A stretch of DNA of 57,488 bases, filler included, from Platydemus manokwari (taxonomy: Eukaryota), in NCBI GenBank assembly GCA_037951405.1. It is 4 parts of 4 records of this genome, joined end to end, with 100 filler letters (N's around TTAATTAATTAA, not from the genome) between each part and the next. Parts side by side here need not be neighbours in the genome. Positions count along the whole stretch, not along the records: positions 1 to 19,342 come from JBBMOY010022236.1; 3 more parts are not named here. The stretch is one strand, 5' to 3'. Numbering within the stretch: position 1 is the first letter of the stretch; each line of letters begins with the position of its first letter. The notes below the pieces were generated by a model, which did not search any database, had not been told where the DNA came from, and was given only the letters and a program-made list of their open reading frames with translations. A program made the translations under genes and the position numbers. This document shows, piece by piece, positions 1 through 14,128 of the stretch.

Positions 1-3000
1 TATTTTATACATATTAATTTTTAACTGTGGCTTGTGTCGAATATCAGGATAATTACACATTTTACACTGCAAGTGATAGAGATTTATAATCACAATTTCT
101 ATTAACAATATAAATTATAATTTTTGTTAAAATAATTTATTTAAATATACTTTTACGTTGCTTGACTTTCGAAATCATTTTCAATGCGCGCTTTACGAAA
201 TAGTAGAAGATTATATTGATACCAGGTACTTGAATTCGACTTTGAGATTGTCAATGACTAAAAGGTTTAAAATATAGAACATAGTGACAATACAGACAAG
301 GTATCAGAAAACATAAAAAGCTAGAAGAAATGGAAATTTTAATATATCTCTAGAATCTGATATTGATATAAATCAGAATAAACAGAAAATGGAAGACTGT
401 CAAGTCAGCGGATAAGTGGATTTTAAAATTAATTAAGATTTTAAAGATTTATATACACATTTTATATTAAAGATGGAAATCATCATTTTTCCTGCTCAAA
501 TAAATTGTTTCAATATGCTTTAAGCGTTTTGACTTTTCAATTCCTTTTCAATACGTGCTATATAAAATAGTAGCGACTTAAATAAAGTTCAAAGGTTTAA
601 TATTAGATTTATTAGATTTATTACCAAATGAATATTAAAACAAACTGTCGACCTATTTTTTTACTGAAAACATGTGATAACAACTAATAATCGTGATTCC
701 ATATTAAAAATATCAGAAAATAATTTTCACTTTACAAAGAAATTTTGAAGAAAGTGTGGAAATATTGTCGACGGAGAATATTAAAAATCCGAATAAAATC
801 ATAAGTAATCTCAATGTATTATGTTAAATCGATATGAAATCAAGAGTGACATCACGTATCACGAACAATTCAATTCTAATGAAAGAAATTGCCAATGTTG
901 AGTGTGGGTTGAGATCTACTTGTCAATGTCCACTTGATAGAAACATCAACAATTGATAGATGTAAGTCTAACAGAGAATATTCATTTGACAAATCATAAT
1001 TGTTGAGAAATTTTTCCCCGAAAATATCTCCTTGGGTGGTTACAGATAATTTTATTTAATCTCGAATGCAAAGGATTTTTATTTTTATCTTTATTAAGAG
1101 GAACACATACAGAAATAATTGAATTCCTTTGGAACTTTGTTATCTCTGAACTTGTTTATAAGATTAGTGAAGCTGTGAGCATGGCCTGAAGTATTTTTCT
1201 ATGAAATTTGTTATTGATGAAAAATATTTATTGCTAGAATATTTTCTCATTGTTAAGACATTCAGATACATTTTGTGCTCAATCGCCTTTCTAACTCTTT
1301 AAGATCATTTGAAACAGTTAAATTTCCCATATTTGTTTCTTCTTCTGTGATTGGATGATGTTGAAGAGTCTGGAGATCCTTGGGAATCGAATTGGATTGC
1401 CAGTTGATAGTTTTTTCCAAGCTTTATCAAAATATAATAATACTATCAACTAATACTATTATTATGTAAATACAACATTTATCAAATCCATCATCGTTCA
1501 ACTTCAATAATATCCACAAGCTCCCCTTTACCGCTGTAGGTCAATACTGAAATTTCACCTATTTTAAGAGTATAATGAGTGCAAAGATTTTTTATAACAT
1601 TAAAGTTTCAATTTCTTAAATCGGTCATGAAAATTCCATTTTCAAACCTAAAATTGTTGTAGATTGATCGACAATGTACTCACCAACAATGCCAGAAATA
1701 CTCTTCAATGAATCTTGAATTGATGACAGATGAAATGAATTTTAATTCTGTCGTATATTGATGTGAAAATATTTAATATTTCTCTTTATTTTAACTTATG
1801 ATTTTAATATAAAATATTTATGGAAGGGGGTGAATTACCACTGCAAAATCAAATAGCTCATATACATAAGAAATTATTCAACAAATCTAGCTTTGAAACC
1901 ATTCCTCAATTAGCGCGATGAATCTCCAAAAAAAATTTCAGAAACAAAAATAAATTTTCTAATTTTATCCTGCAAAACTAATTACGGGTTTACAATTACG
2001 AAATTCTCAATCTCAGATTTATTATAGCAACACCAATTTATTGCAATTAAAATCTCAACTCGGCTTCAGTGTTGAATATTCTCATTATTTTCCCTCCAGC
2101 TATGTTGGGAGTTGCAGACAAAACGAAGGAAATAATAATTGGTGTCAACAATATTTGTAAATCGAAAAATATTTTTTTCTCCATTCGATCTATACGAGCT
2201 GATATGTGACAGGAATTATTATTATTCTTGTTAATATTATGGTAATATTATGGTTTGTTTTTATTATCATTATTAGCGTTGTTGTTGATGTTATTATTAT
2301 TAAGTTAAAGACTTGATAAAGACTTGATTATATATAATATTATAATTTATAATTTATGTTCAAAATACCAGTGTGAAATTTGTAAAAATTTAATTATATA
2401 AGCTTATCTGGACTCCAATCGATTAAGATTGTTGCTGCTAAATGATTCCCGGATAATATAATGAAATAATATTTAAAATATAAATACTAATAATATCACA
2501 AATACCAGCAATTTCGACAAAACAATCGACTGTATTGGATTAATTGAAATATGAGTTCAGATAACTGGTTGATAAATAATGAACCTTTATGAGGACGTAA
2601 AATAACCTCAATGGAACAGTAATGGAGGTGCCGCCTAGGTGACTTTAAAAAATGAAGACGGGGAACCAAAAGCGTGTTCTTATCGGATTTTAAAAGACCA
2701 CAAGGCTAGAAATAGCCATGGGACTGAAAATAATTATAATGATGATAAAAACCCTGTCTCGGATGGCTCAGCACAGTTATTATTATCTTATCATTATTGT
2801 TGCTGTTTGCGTTATTATTGTGACAGTTGGTGTGATTTCAGCCATTATTATTGTTGTTGCTATTCTTGTTATCATTAGATTGTTACATGATCTTGAATCG
2901 TGTTGAATTTATAACTTCAATTTTCTGTTGGTTTCATTTTGTGATTCATTTCTTCCTTCAGATTATAAAATTTAATTACTATCACCGATTTAATAATATT

Positions 3001-3006
3001 TTCTTC

Positions 3007-3051
<45 letters not shown>
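3007..3051. repeat. (TAA)n microsatellite
   Basis: Pure trinucleotide run. It explains the poly-Ile and poly-Tyr spurious ORFs at 2851-3153. Confidence 0.9.
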
Positions 3052-4080
3052 TCTTCTGCAGCTATTATATATAAATATCAACTTAATATCGATATAAATT
3101 AGTTTGTAATTGTGAATATTGATTTCAGTTTTGATCTCCATCCCCAAAAGCACTTCATAACGTGGTCAATAAATGAAATTTCCATTGCAATTATTTTTTA
3201 TTAACTTAAACACAACAAATTATGATAATCGAATTTATGGTTGAAAGCTCTCAGTACTTGACTTATTCATTAGTTTTAAATCATAAATTTTATATTTCAC
3301 TAATAAATTAATGTGAAGTGATATTATCACTCTCTCTCTCTCACATACACACACGCGCGCACACGCACACACATTTTATTATCGCGATATCAACATACAG
3401 ACATTAAAACAAATTTTGCAAATCTTTATCAAATAATATGAAATATGGTTTTGAAAAATACTGTTTCCACTTAATCAATTTAGATTCCCAAAACATAAAT
3501 CAATAAAATGGTGGTCAAGCAAAACCCCATAATATCGAAACTGTCTCATTCAGTCGTATATTTATGTCATGGTCGAATTATCACCACCAACTCTATGGTT
3601 GAAATATCAATCCATTATTTTCATTATTCTTAATCATTAGGAAAACATTTTCGTGAAACAAATGCCGTATATTGCCAACATCTTTCAAACAAAGATCCAA
3701 AATTTCCAAAAACCAGTCAAAACAAAAATACTCCATATTTGTTTAAATGATTGATTTGAAGCACTTCCTTTTAAATATAGCCTTGAAATTCTAAATTTAA
3801 TGACTAACACACATACACACATTATTAGAGATGAGTTGTAACACACATGCACACACACACTCGAAATGATAGAAAGATCAGAGAAAACATTTTTAACACC
3901 GCATAAAATCAATTATTACAAATATCAAGAGATAAAATTATGCATTTAAATTTGTCTCGATCGAGCAAAAAACATTTGAAATGGTAACCATAGCAACGGG
4001 AAACCATCCCATAAATGAGAGCGAGTGTATTATAATAATAGAAATAGCAACAGCAAATCAAGACAACAATTATCAACAAT

Positions 4081-7000
4081 TTATTTCACCATAGCAACAC
4101 ATGAAGGACACACAAAATTCAATAATTTCGGATCCAGATGTGGATTAACGCAGTTGACATCGATGCTGGCACAAGCACAATGCAAATGCAGAACGGTAAA
4201 GCAACTCAAGCAATGCACCAAGATTCTCGATCGAGAATTATCGATGATGAGATCTAGTAGACAGATTGGACACAAAGGTGGTCGTGTTGTCATGGAGATC
4301 TCAACATCTACATCGTTGTTATCGATTTCAAAACTTTTCTCATTTTCATCCTCGCACAAATCAATAATTTGCGGCTGTTCTGGTTTCGACGATTTGTCGA
4401 CAGGAATGGCTTCATTCCAAGTAATCATTGTTGCTATTGGTAACGGTTCAGTGATATTCCATGAAAACAGTGCCTTATCGACTGATAGATTCTCGCCTTT
4501 AACGATGCGACGCGTAGAGAAAAGTCCTGAAATATTTCAATCCAGCATTGGCCAGCAATAACCAATCGCGTTATTTCTTACCGATTCGCGTGGTTCCCGC
4601 AACAGATAAATGTTTGGCCCGCAGATTTGGTCTATCAGATGGCTGGATAAATCGAGCCAGATTGCAATATCGGCTGCAATCAATGACGGATTCGCCAGAC
4701 AAGCTGACAGAGCATGAGCTGGCATTATTTGATGAGGCTCGAGATCTGATTTGTCCCACAAGTTCCATCACGAGTATGTCCTGCAATCAAATGATTCAAA
4801 TAATATAACCGGGGAGAGGGATCTCAAATAACCTTGACAACAGGCTCCTCAAGTACCACATTGATGGCGTTATTATCAAGCTCATTTATTAAGCGACAGC
4901 GCGGATAATGACGCTTTTGCAAACGCCTATTTCTGCATCGCAACGCGTCACAACAATTATCAGCGGTGCATTCAATATTGGCCATAACATTGGGACATTT
5001 TATTGTTGTACAACAATCGGTACAAGCACACTTCACGCTTGATTGAATTGATTCGAATCGCTACGAATATAAATATCGATTAGGAATAAGAATTTGAATA
5101 ATCAATGGTGCAATTTCATCAAGGCTAATGACGAATAGATGAGAGATACAAAAATAATACCCCTCCCTCACATTGCCATGGTAACGCATCATTGATTATA
5201 TAATCAATTCAATTTCCACTCACCCCTGAAGGGCGATCGATATCGATATTCTCTATTATTGGAAATAATCCAGAATAATGCAATACAAAAGCATTGCGAT
5301 AAAATGTTTGGCGCATTTTTAATCGATCACGGACATGTGCCACGGTATGGGATAAATGTTGTAAAGCTCGTTGCATATCTGAAATGAATACAGATCGAAT
5401 CGATCAAAACATGAGTATTCAATACAAATAGATCAATTGTACCATCGAAACGACTGAGACCAAAACAAGCCAACTGGTCGAGTGATTGTAAATTGATTGA
5501 TATTATTCTCGACATATCCGTTACGGTCCATTGATCATATTCATGATGATGATGATGATGATGATGCTGATGTGTAGCAATGGAATATTTGTTATCGATA
5601 ATATTGTCATCAATTTTGGGATAAACAAATTGATAATCATTAACACTAGTTGGTGTTTCGATATTGGCTGGCACCATCAAATATGGATAACTAGCACGAC
5701 GAGCAAATGGGAAACTTTCAGGAAAACAATGAACAGATAATGTATTATGAGAATATCATTTCAATTGATCACATCATACTTGCAACCGTGACAAATGAAT
5801 GTTTTCTCATCTATTGACGATGATGATGATGATGATGAAGGCAATTGATTCTGTTGGTGAATGATTGATGATGTCATTGATGATGTATTGGGTAAGCAGA
5901 TATCATTGTTGTGATAAGTGACAGAGCAATATTTGCATGATATCTATCATATCATATTATCATATAATCTTTCCATAATATATTATCATTATATTTCCAA
6001 AATATATATTATTACTATATTTTCTCATATTATATTCCCATAATATATTATCATTATATATTATCATGATGATTGATATCAATTAATGAGTAATTATTTA
6101 ACTATTAAATCACTAAAATGGTAATAAAGGCCCAAATCAATAATAAAATAATCAATATACAGGGTAATTCAAAATCAGAAATCTGTTTGAAAGATTGCCT
6201 GAAACAACAATTTAAACACTCGAAATGATTTGTTCCAAACGTTACACACATTGCATAATACCTATCCAACCCCACCCAATCAAATAAGAGCTATTGTGTA
6301 ACATCACGAATTACAATGAAACCTATCGATATCATTGCGTTTCATTGAATCAAAAATGTGTCGTCATGAGCTTGAGCCGTGATTGTATGCATTGTGTGCA
6401 AAAATATCATGACGTGTGTGTGTGTGTGCAGAACAAAAATATCTCTGCACCTTTGTGCCACTTGGTTAATTCATTTCATACAAGTTTGTCAAATGAGATG
6501 CCTATCCAACACACATACACGCACACATGCACAATGACGTCTCTCCATGTAGCGCGGTAAGTTATTACAGACCATCAAAAATACATTTAAATAATTAATA
6601 ATGGAAAATTAATTATAAACAATTATTAATAAATAATTAATATTAATTAAAAAATAATTAAAATAAAATGATAATTAATGAAATAGCACAGTGATATGAT
6701 TATTAATTAAGCCACATAAAATCGATAAACATGAAATAAATTGATAAAATAAATAAAAATAAAACCCAATTTTTGTCGCCATCATCAAACCGTTTGGTAC
6801 ACGCAAAGCAAAACCGGGAAACATTGGATGGCAAACAATGAGATTGAATCAAATGCCGATAGCAAATCATCAGATGTGATGTTATCGGAAAATATTTGGC
6901 TGGCAAACAAGCAGGATTGTTATGAAATGATAATTTGCATCTATGAGAAAACATGAGATCATTATTGGCATCTTTGATATGATGTGTGTGTGTGTCTCAC

Positions 7001-8071
7001 TTGATACAATGAACCAGATCATTGATCGCTTGATCTGGATCATTATTATTGACAGATGGCACGATATAATCGAGATTACAATTGACACAATGATGTAATG
7101 GGCATTGTTTTATATCAGCACCATTCGACCACGACAACATATCCACATGAGCACTCAAGCATGACCGATGATACGGTCGCATGCATTGATGATTCTGATA
7201 GGAAATATATTATCAATTATAATGCAAGGCTCATATCTCAACAATATTCCTTACATCGCACACAAATAATTGAGCCACACTGATTGATTGATCACAAATA
7301 TTGCATATCCAAACACTCTTGTTGCAACTACAGATCAAATCTAAATCCAAACAATGCTTATATTTCGTGGACAATATTTCAAACATGTTTACCATTTTCA
7401 TCTCTTACACATGCTTCATGATATTTCCAAATGCAATAATTGGCACATTTCTTCTCTTTGCCATCAATATTATCAATGAATATTTTTGATAAATATCTTT
7501 CTACATGTCGACATTAAACAAATTCACCAATAAGAATATCATTAATACTTCGATCTTCGCCATTCATTTCTAATAAACTCTTGTTTAAAGAACTAGAATC
7601 AAATTCAATCATTTTATTCAAGCAGATTTCACAAGGTTGCAAATTAGTTTTATCAATTTGGTCATTATTTGTGATCATTTTATCTACATCCATGTTGTCA
7701 CCATTTTTTGTCTTTTCGCAATAACTTAAATTTGTCTTTTGAAGTTTATCATAAGATTTCCAAGCTTTATTGTATACATCAACCATTGCTGGTGGAACAT
7801 AATTTAAATATTTGGAGTTTGGACTATTTATTTGTAGTTGACTCAAATAAATTTCCATATCGTGTTTAGAAGTACAATTTATCACATTACCAACTTCGAT
7901 CCATGTTTCAGTGTTAATTTCGAGTAATTTAACAAATACTTGCCGATTGTTTTCGAGCTCATTATAATATTTATTAGTTTTAGAATCTCTTATAATTATT
8001 CCTGGCCACCATGGATTGGTACCCAATTTTCCAATAACCAATTCTTTTTCTGAATATTGATGATTTATCAT
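4081..8071 (-). CDS. NSD: NSD/MES-4-family chromatin protein (PWWP, PHD cluster, AWS, degenerate SET, PHD), ~849 aa, probably catalytically inactive
   Basis: Hand-spliced GT-AG exons with consistent phases: 8071-7549 (alternative donor 7528), 7500-7393, 7340-7255, 7194-7001, 6940-6766, 5943-5780, 5714-5443, 5378-5224, 5060-4833, 4780-4582, 4526-4081 (TAA). Motifs: PWWP KLGTNPWWPG; NSD-type PHD signatures CPLHHCVNC...LVHCIKCKLSFH...CLPA...ICYRH and NVSRFCFAC; AWS CAC..CC...CPN.....EC....C....CRNRRLQKR; SET-like ELVG / ID..YCNLARFI / TRIGLFS; terminal PHD CPIC...HCLSCFTVLHLHC...FVCPSC. Additional upstream exons cannot be excluded. Confidence 0.85.
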
Positions 8072-8479
8072 GGAGATAGACAATTAAAATTGGTATTAAA
8101 AGTTATGTAATTCTAAATTAATTGTAAAATTAAAATATTATTTTGAATTCACTCATTATTCAAACAACAATATTTTTAAATGGAAAAAATAAATGAAAAA
8201 TATTTTAAAAGAACTTCGAAAAAATAACTTTCGCTTGGTTTGAACATTACTGAAAAATAAGTTTATAATTACTTCATTGTTACTTACTGTTTCCTAATGT
8301 TTGATTGTAAATAATTAAAAAATATGCTTAAGTGTTCTAGAAAATATTTTTCTGAATTTCATTCATCGTATTCACATGATTTGTGTAGATGATAAATATG
8401 TTTTATCTTGTGAATAAAATAAAACGGCATCAAGAAAACTTAACACGTGAAATTTATTTATAAGTGAATTTATTCATCA

Positions 8480-10250
8480 AATTACCAATTAATAAAGTAT
8501 CTCATATATTATGATGCACTTTTTAATCAAAAATCCCAGGAATATTAGTGCTTGATTATCACAATTTTTGGAATAAATTATGACATCATTTACATAAATC
8601 ATTGAGAGATGTAAGTCCATGAACATGGGTTTCATTTCTCCAAATGGCATTACTACGTGGATATTAGTGTGTCATCCATTTGCCAGATTAAGTCTAACTT
8701 TTGAAAATTAATTACGCCATCCTTTCTTTGTTCACTATTTCATCAATTAATGGTTATGAAAAGATGTCTTCTTACTTATTCTTTTACCTTCCTGTAACTT
8801 ATGCACATCCGTATACTTACTTCTCTCTTTTTCACAATTACTATGAGCTATCTTCATAATGAGAAAGTCGGTTTATTTCATTCTTATTGTAATGATTCAT
8901 CTTTTTTTGCTGGATTTTGGCTTCTATTTTTACAGACATGTTGCTATACTAGTTCTTTCAATGAATTATTTATTTATTTAGAATACTTATCCTTTTCCAC
9001 GTAGTGATTTGTCTATGCAAAATATATTGTCTTCATTATGGGTGGAGTTATGAGATCATTTTCCATATATGTAAACGGCAACTTCTATTGCAATTTTTGA
9101 CATTTTCACAAATTGCCTTCTGCGCGTTTGTATACAACATTCTTTAATTGTGATATTACATTTTTTATTAAGCACTCTTAAGATCAGAGATCCGATAATC
9201 CTCCAATAACAAATATACTATGTTCTACTAAATGTATTTTGCAATTCATTATTTCTCTAAACTGTAATATGTCTCCTCCTACTTCACGAATTTTAATTCC
9301 TGCTCGTCAGATTAGCTGTCAGATTTCTTTAATATTCAATGTTCTTGAATGCATAATCATGGTATTAGCTCCCGTGTCAATTAATCTCATTAACTGATGC
9401 TTATTTAATCTTATCCTGACCTGTTTGACTCATCTTACAATTGTATTCCGTGAATTATAATTGCTTTTGCCTATGTAAAGTACTGTCCCTTTTAGTCGAG
9501 TTTATCTGTTAATCATGTTCTTGAGCTAGTTGTGTGATTTCATTGAACAGATAAGAGTCATTGCTTAACCATGATTGTTTCTCACTTGATCCGCTGGCCT
9601 TTAATAAAGATAAAAGATCACTTAAAAATGAGATTAAGTTGGTCTTTTAGCCTAATGTTTTTTTTATATCCTGATTTGTTTGTTATGACACACTTTTAAC
9701 TTTACGGTTATAAATTTATAGAGCATATAAGAATTGTATCCTATAACGACTGTGTTTGTACAATATAGAATTCCCTACGACAATGAAAAATTCATATGTG
9801 AATTCACTCAAGCATCCAAATAACGTGTAAATATGATACGTCATCATTTCCTGATATATTTCTGATTTAATTATGATTATTATGAGGTATATTCCTGCTC
9901 ATACTGCCATAAATGTTACTAAATCTGTGAATATTCTTCATATTTGCTGTACTACGTTATTTGCAATATTGTAAAATGTTTTGCTGCGAAAATTTATCAT
10001 AATTTCATCCTAGATTTCCGTTTGTACGAATGGTTCCAATGATTTCTGATAATTCTGTACCCCTTAGTTGTGGGAATACCAGTGTTTTGCGTGCCTCTTC
10101 CATGTCCATTAGTGTGTAAATTACTCTTTTCTCAATATTTTCTATTGAATGAGACTAAATATGTCTATATAATATTCAGAAATCTCAAGATTATTTCCCT
10201 TCTCTGAGTGGTCATCTATTTCTAATCGATACCCATTGTTCATCTATTTT
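8480..10250 (-). mobile_element. Highly decayed Ty3/gypsy gag-pol remnant (protease and N-terminal RT)
   Basis: Minus-strand translation gives protease QVRIRLNKHQLMRLIDTGANTMIMH (~9430-9350) and RT fragments IRMCISYRKV, PLIDEIVN, VVMPFG, MIYVNDVIIYS. These parallel the element at 41048-42755 and contain many stops and indels. The gag boundary is approximate. Confidence 0.7.
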
Positions 10251-10256
10251 GTATAA

Positions 10257-10960
10257 TGTATTAAAAGAGCGGATTAATTAATAATAAACTATATGAAACA
10301 TTCTAACAATTTTTATAACAATCATATTTTTTATGCACGACAATACGTATGGCATGTGCATTCATCTTTATTGTATTAATTTTTATTTAACCTGTGTGTG
10401 TTATTAACGTCTTAACAACTCTCAGAGCATTTGAGTGAAATTAGCTTAACATATTATAATATATTAGTATTTATAATAATTATTATCTATAAATATCTAA
10501 AATAATATTACCTGTAAATCTCCATTGAAGAAAAAACCATTAAAATCCATAAATAATAAATTAATTCATGAAATAACAATACACAATATATTATCGCGCA
10601 ATTACATCGACAAATAAATCACCACTAATTATCGCGCACATAAATTCTGTCAGTGAATAAGATATTCACTCCATTAAATTTAATCAGAGAGAATATTCCT
10701 CTGTTTAATAAATTTAATCGAAGGAATTTTCTCTCTCCGATAAATAAATTCCATCGATAAAATCATAAATACTCTGGCATTAGATTCAATCGCACAGAAT
10801 ATCTAAGAGTTATCCACCACTGCTTATAAAAAGCAGCAGCCACAATTAACACTGCCACAATTTCACAATTTCACTTTACTGAAGACACAGTTATTTCGAT
10901 TGTCATATACGGAAGAAGACATAATTTTACATTCAGTCAAGACCATGTTCTCATTCGTTG
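10257..10960 (+). mobile_element. LTR-like repeat (probable solo or partial LTR), homologous to 25500-26627 on the opposite strand
   Basis: Collinear shared blocks with the reverse complement of 26040-26560, e.g. tgcacgaca.tacgtat, ttgtattaatttttatttaa, taataaattta, atcgataaaat, ggcatta.att.aatcgca. TATA-like tataaaaagcagcag at ~10826. Ends are approximate. Confidence 0.65.
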
Positions 10961-11571
10961 ACTATAAATAGGCTATATCTAAAAATTTAATTGTTTCAAG
11001 GGATTAGGATGTTGATTTTTAAGATAAATTCTGGATAGGTAAATAATGGCTGATACCAAACATCGAAGACTGCAAGCTTTATTTCTATTATATGTTCTAA
11101 TCAATAAAACTCTACGATTCAATATAACGTATAAAAACGCAACCAAAACTTGGCTTCCAACTGATAGTTGGCCACCTTTACATCGGTATTTATACTGGAG
11201 GTCTGTGTTAAATTTTATATCACTATATATTACGTTTCCCATGTTTCTATTGGACTTGTTGATTTTTGTATGTGAGGGACCGGTCAATCCCTATTTTTGT
11301 TGCTGTGTGACTAAGTCCCTTTTTCAAATTATAGTTTTCCATGTAAGTCGCATATGATTGGTTGATTGCCATTCTTGTATGATTGTGTAGGCAAGCAAAT
11401 GTGTAAAGTGTTAAAACAAGAGCTCCAAGATGCGAATCCGTTTTTCTTTTACAAGATTTCTACTCTACTCAACATAAATAACACAACTGGAATTAAAATC
11501 AGCCTCAAGATTCTAAAAATTAAAGGATAATCGCTAAACTAAAAGTCAGGCCTATTAAAATTTCGCCACGA

Positions 11572-11746
11572 AATTTTAGCTTGGTGATGAATGAAGTACG
11601 AGGTGATCGCGGAACGAGAAGATTAGACCACAGAAAAGCACACAGTGAACATGCTCATGCCTGTGAAAACTGACTACGACTTGCAAAATTTGGCCATGGA
11701 AACCAGAATTTCAGACTTTGATTTTCAAAAGAGAAATTTTTGTTTT
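11572..11746 (+). repeat. Dispersed repeat, second copy inverted at 33782-33955; possibly a DNA-transposon (hAT-like) remnant
   Basis: Shared cacagtgaacat..tcatgcctgtgaaaac.gactacgac and aaccagaatttc..actttgatttt.aaaagagaaatttt. The copy at 33.9 kb reads SLVIDEKRD, weakly like the hAT FSxxxDESTD motif. Confidence 0.6.
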
Positions 11747-14128
11747 AAAATAAATCTTTGCGTCTTCAACTTGAATTTGTTGTATCGAAACAATATCAAA
11801 CAGCAAGTAAATATGTCTTCTTCGTCTTGGTAAGTCAAGCTGTGCTCAACAAAATCTATAAGATATAAAAACATTTCACTCTTTTTCTTCCTTCAACTTA
11901 AAATGGCTCATTGACTAGCCTTGTTAATTCTTTTTAAATCATTTCCTTAGCACACTCCAATGACGTGACTCTTGATTTGGCCTCAATGTTAATACTCATT
12001 AGCAGTTACAATTTTGTCGATAATGACCGATTATTAGCAATTTTAATTGTAAACGACTATTTTTAACTTTAAATATTGAAAAAGAATTAATTTATGAAAA
12101 TATTTTTAATCATTTCTAAATCGTGTTTATTTTTGTTCTCCTGGTTTAACTATTTTCTTGTGATTTTATTGATTTTGTTCGCATTTTATTATTTATGATT
12201 TAACAAAAATCTATTTTATGTTTATCTAATATTACATTGACTAGCCTGGCTTACACTTGACATTCTCGATCAATATATATTTCAACAAATATCTTTATTC
12301 TTCACAATTATTACATTAACTGCTAATTCTTCTTCAATCAATATTTTCTTATAAATCAATATATTCTTCTCAAATCAACTCTTCTCTCCAGCTCATAATT
12401 TACTCTTAAAATGATATTTTCATCAATAATTTCATCGCTTCATTCAACTTATTCTATTCAGATGTTACATTTCAATCAATAAATCCCTTTTGATTTTAAC
12501 AACATTTAGCTCGGAAATTTCTATTTTTCACCAAATCTGTTTTCTGTTGATATTAATCTCTCTTCTTTTCTCTCTCTCTCTCTTATTCCCATTGTCTCTG
12601 AGTTTTTATATCAGATTTGTACCGAATTTGTATCAGATTTATTATTTCAATGCTGTCGAATTATTTGATTCTTCTGATTGGTTATAAATAAAATGAAAAT
12701 CATTTATTTTAATCCGGTTATTCACTTTGCTTGTATTGATTATTCCGTGCGAATTATATTTTGCTAATCCGCTAATCATTTGAGCGATTTTAAATCTATT
12801 TTCATCTGCTGCATTAGTTTTTTATCCATTCTATTATAAATAACACACACATTTATATACATTATATATAATTATATTATTTCTAATTATAATAGAGACA
12901 TTATATGATAATATTATTTAATATTCTTTCATCAAGTCGATATTATTATTTGGGGCCATTTATCTTGTATTATAAAATCACATTGGATAACGAATTCAAT
13001 ATAAAATGCAACTTTCGATCCAGATATAAATGTTTCCAAATCAAAAATAGGATCAATATCGAATTGTTAATCATCAAACATCAAACGAATCACTTCTATG
13101 CACACTGATGCTGTTGAATGCTCACAGAACTAAATTCGTATAGAGTTCTTAATTAATCGAATTTGGACTTGAATTACCTGTGTTATCAGGCAAGTCCCCA
13201 TCTAGAAATGATGGAGAAACAACTATTATGCGAACTAGTCCAGTCAAGAAAATCTGAAACAGCTTCGCTGCTATCCCAAAACTTTTATCTTGGTTAAAAC
13301 TGCTTTACGTAAGAATTTATGCTGATCTTCTGTACACACGTAATGCATGGCCATACCTACCGTACATATTTTCCCCAAAATGGTTTAAAATAATCCATTT
13401 TAACGAAATTCTATTTATTTCATAAATAATAGGCAGCATTGTTAGGCATTTACTTTATTATATTTTTGTCATCTCTTTGCAAGCTTTTAGCAATGCCCTC
13501 AATCTCGCAAGTCCATAATTCGGTGCGCGATAATTGGTATGAGAGAATTGCGAATTTATTATATTAGACACCTTTAGAATCAATCAATATTTCATTTTAC
13601 GTTGGATTTTTATTCAGCACACACTCAGCAAGTTCTCAGAAATTTAATATTTTTCAGCGAAAAAATTGCGATATTAAAAAGTTCCAACAAACCCCCCCCC
13701 ATTAACCCCCCCCCATTTAAACACATCAGAAAGAGATAAATTATTTATAATCGCAGATATAAATAACTGGAATTTATAAATATAAAAATGCTTTGTTTCG
13801 ATTTTGCTTTAGCCATTTAAAACCACCGAATAAAGCTGAAAGAATTTAACAAAATCTTCTGTAAATATCGAGCGCGTTGAATGAATAAGTGTAATAAAAA
13901 TAAAACAAGAACCATAGCAACCGTCATTTCTACAACATAAAGCCATACATATTGAACCAGCTGTTACGCTTTATTAATCAGATTCTGATAAACTGCTCTG
14001 AGCAATCAATAATTCTAAATAAATTCGTTTTTCCTCAAAATAAAATCGATATTAATAAATGATTTTTAAATTTTCCCAGATTCATGAAAAAGAGAAAATT
14101 TTTGAAAAATAAATTGTTTTCAAAAGCT

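Noticed and set aside
1130-1750. Possible small minus-strand exons (LEKTINWQSNSIPKDLQ...LKELERRLSTK) with GT/AG-like borders
   Set aside because: Could not be spliced into a consistent frame and has no recognisable domain.
2639-3153. Hydrophobic, Tyr- or Cys-rich short ORFs
   Set aside because: Translations of (TTA/TTG)n low-complexity sequence.
4025-4808. Plus-strand ORFs of 178 and 86 aa
   Set aside because: Antisense shadows of the NSD-like exons.
5061-5125. Apparent in-frame TAG before AWS (possible readthrough)
   Set aside because: The TAG is the splice acceptor of a phase-0 intron (5223-5061).
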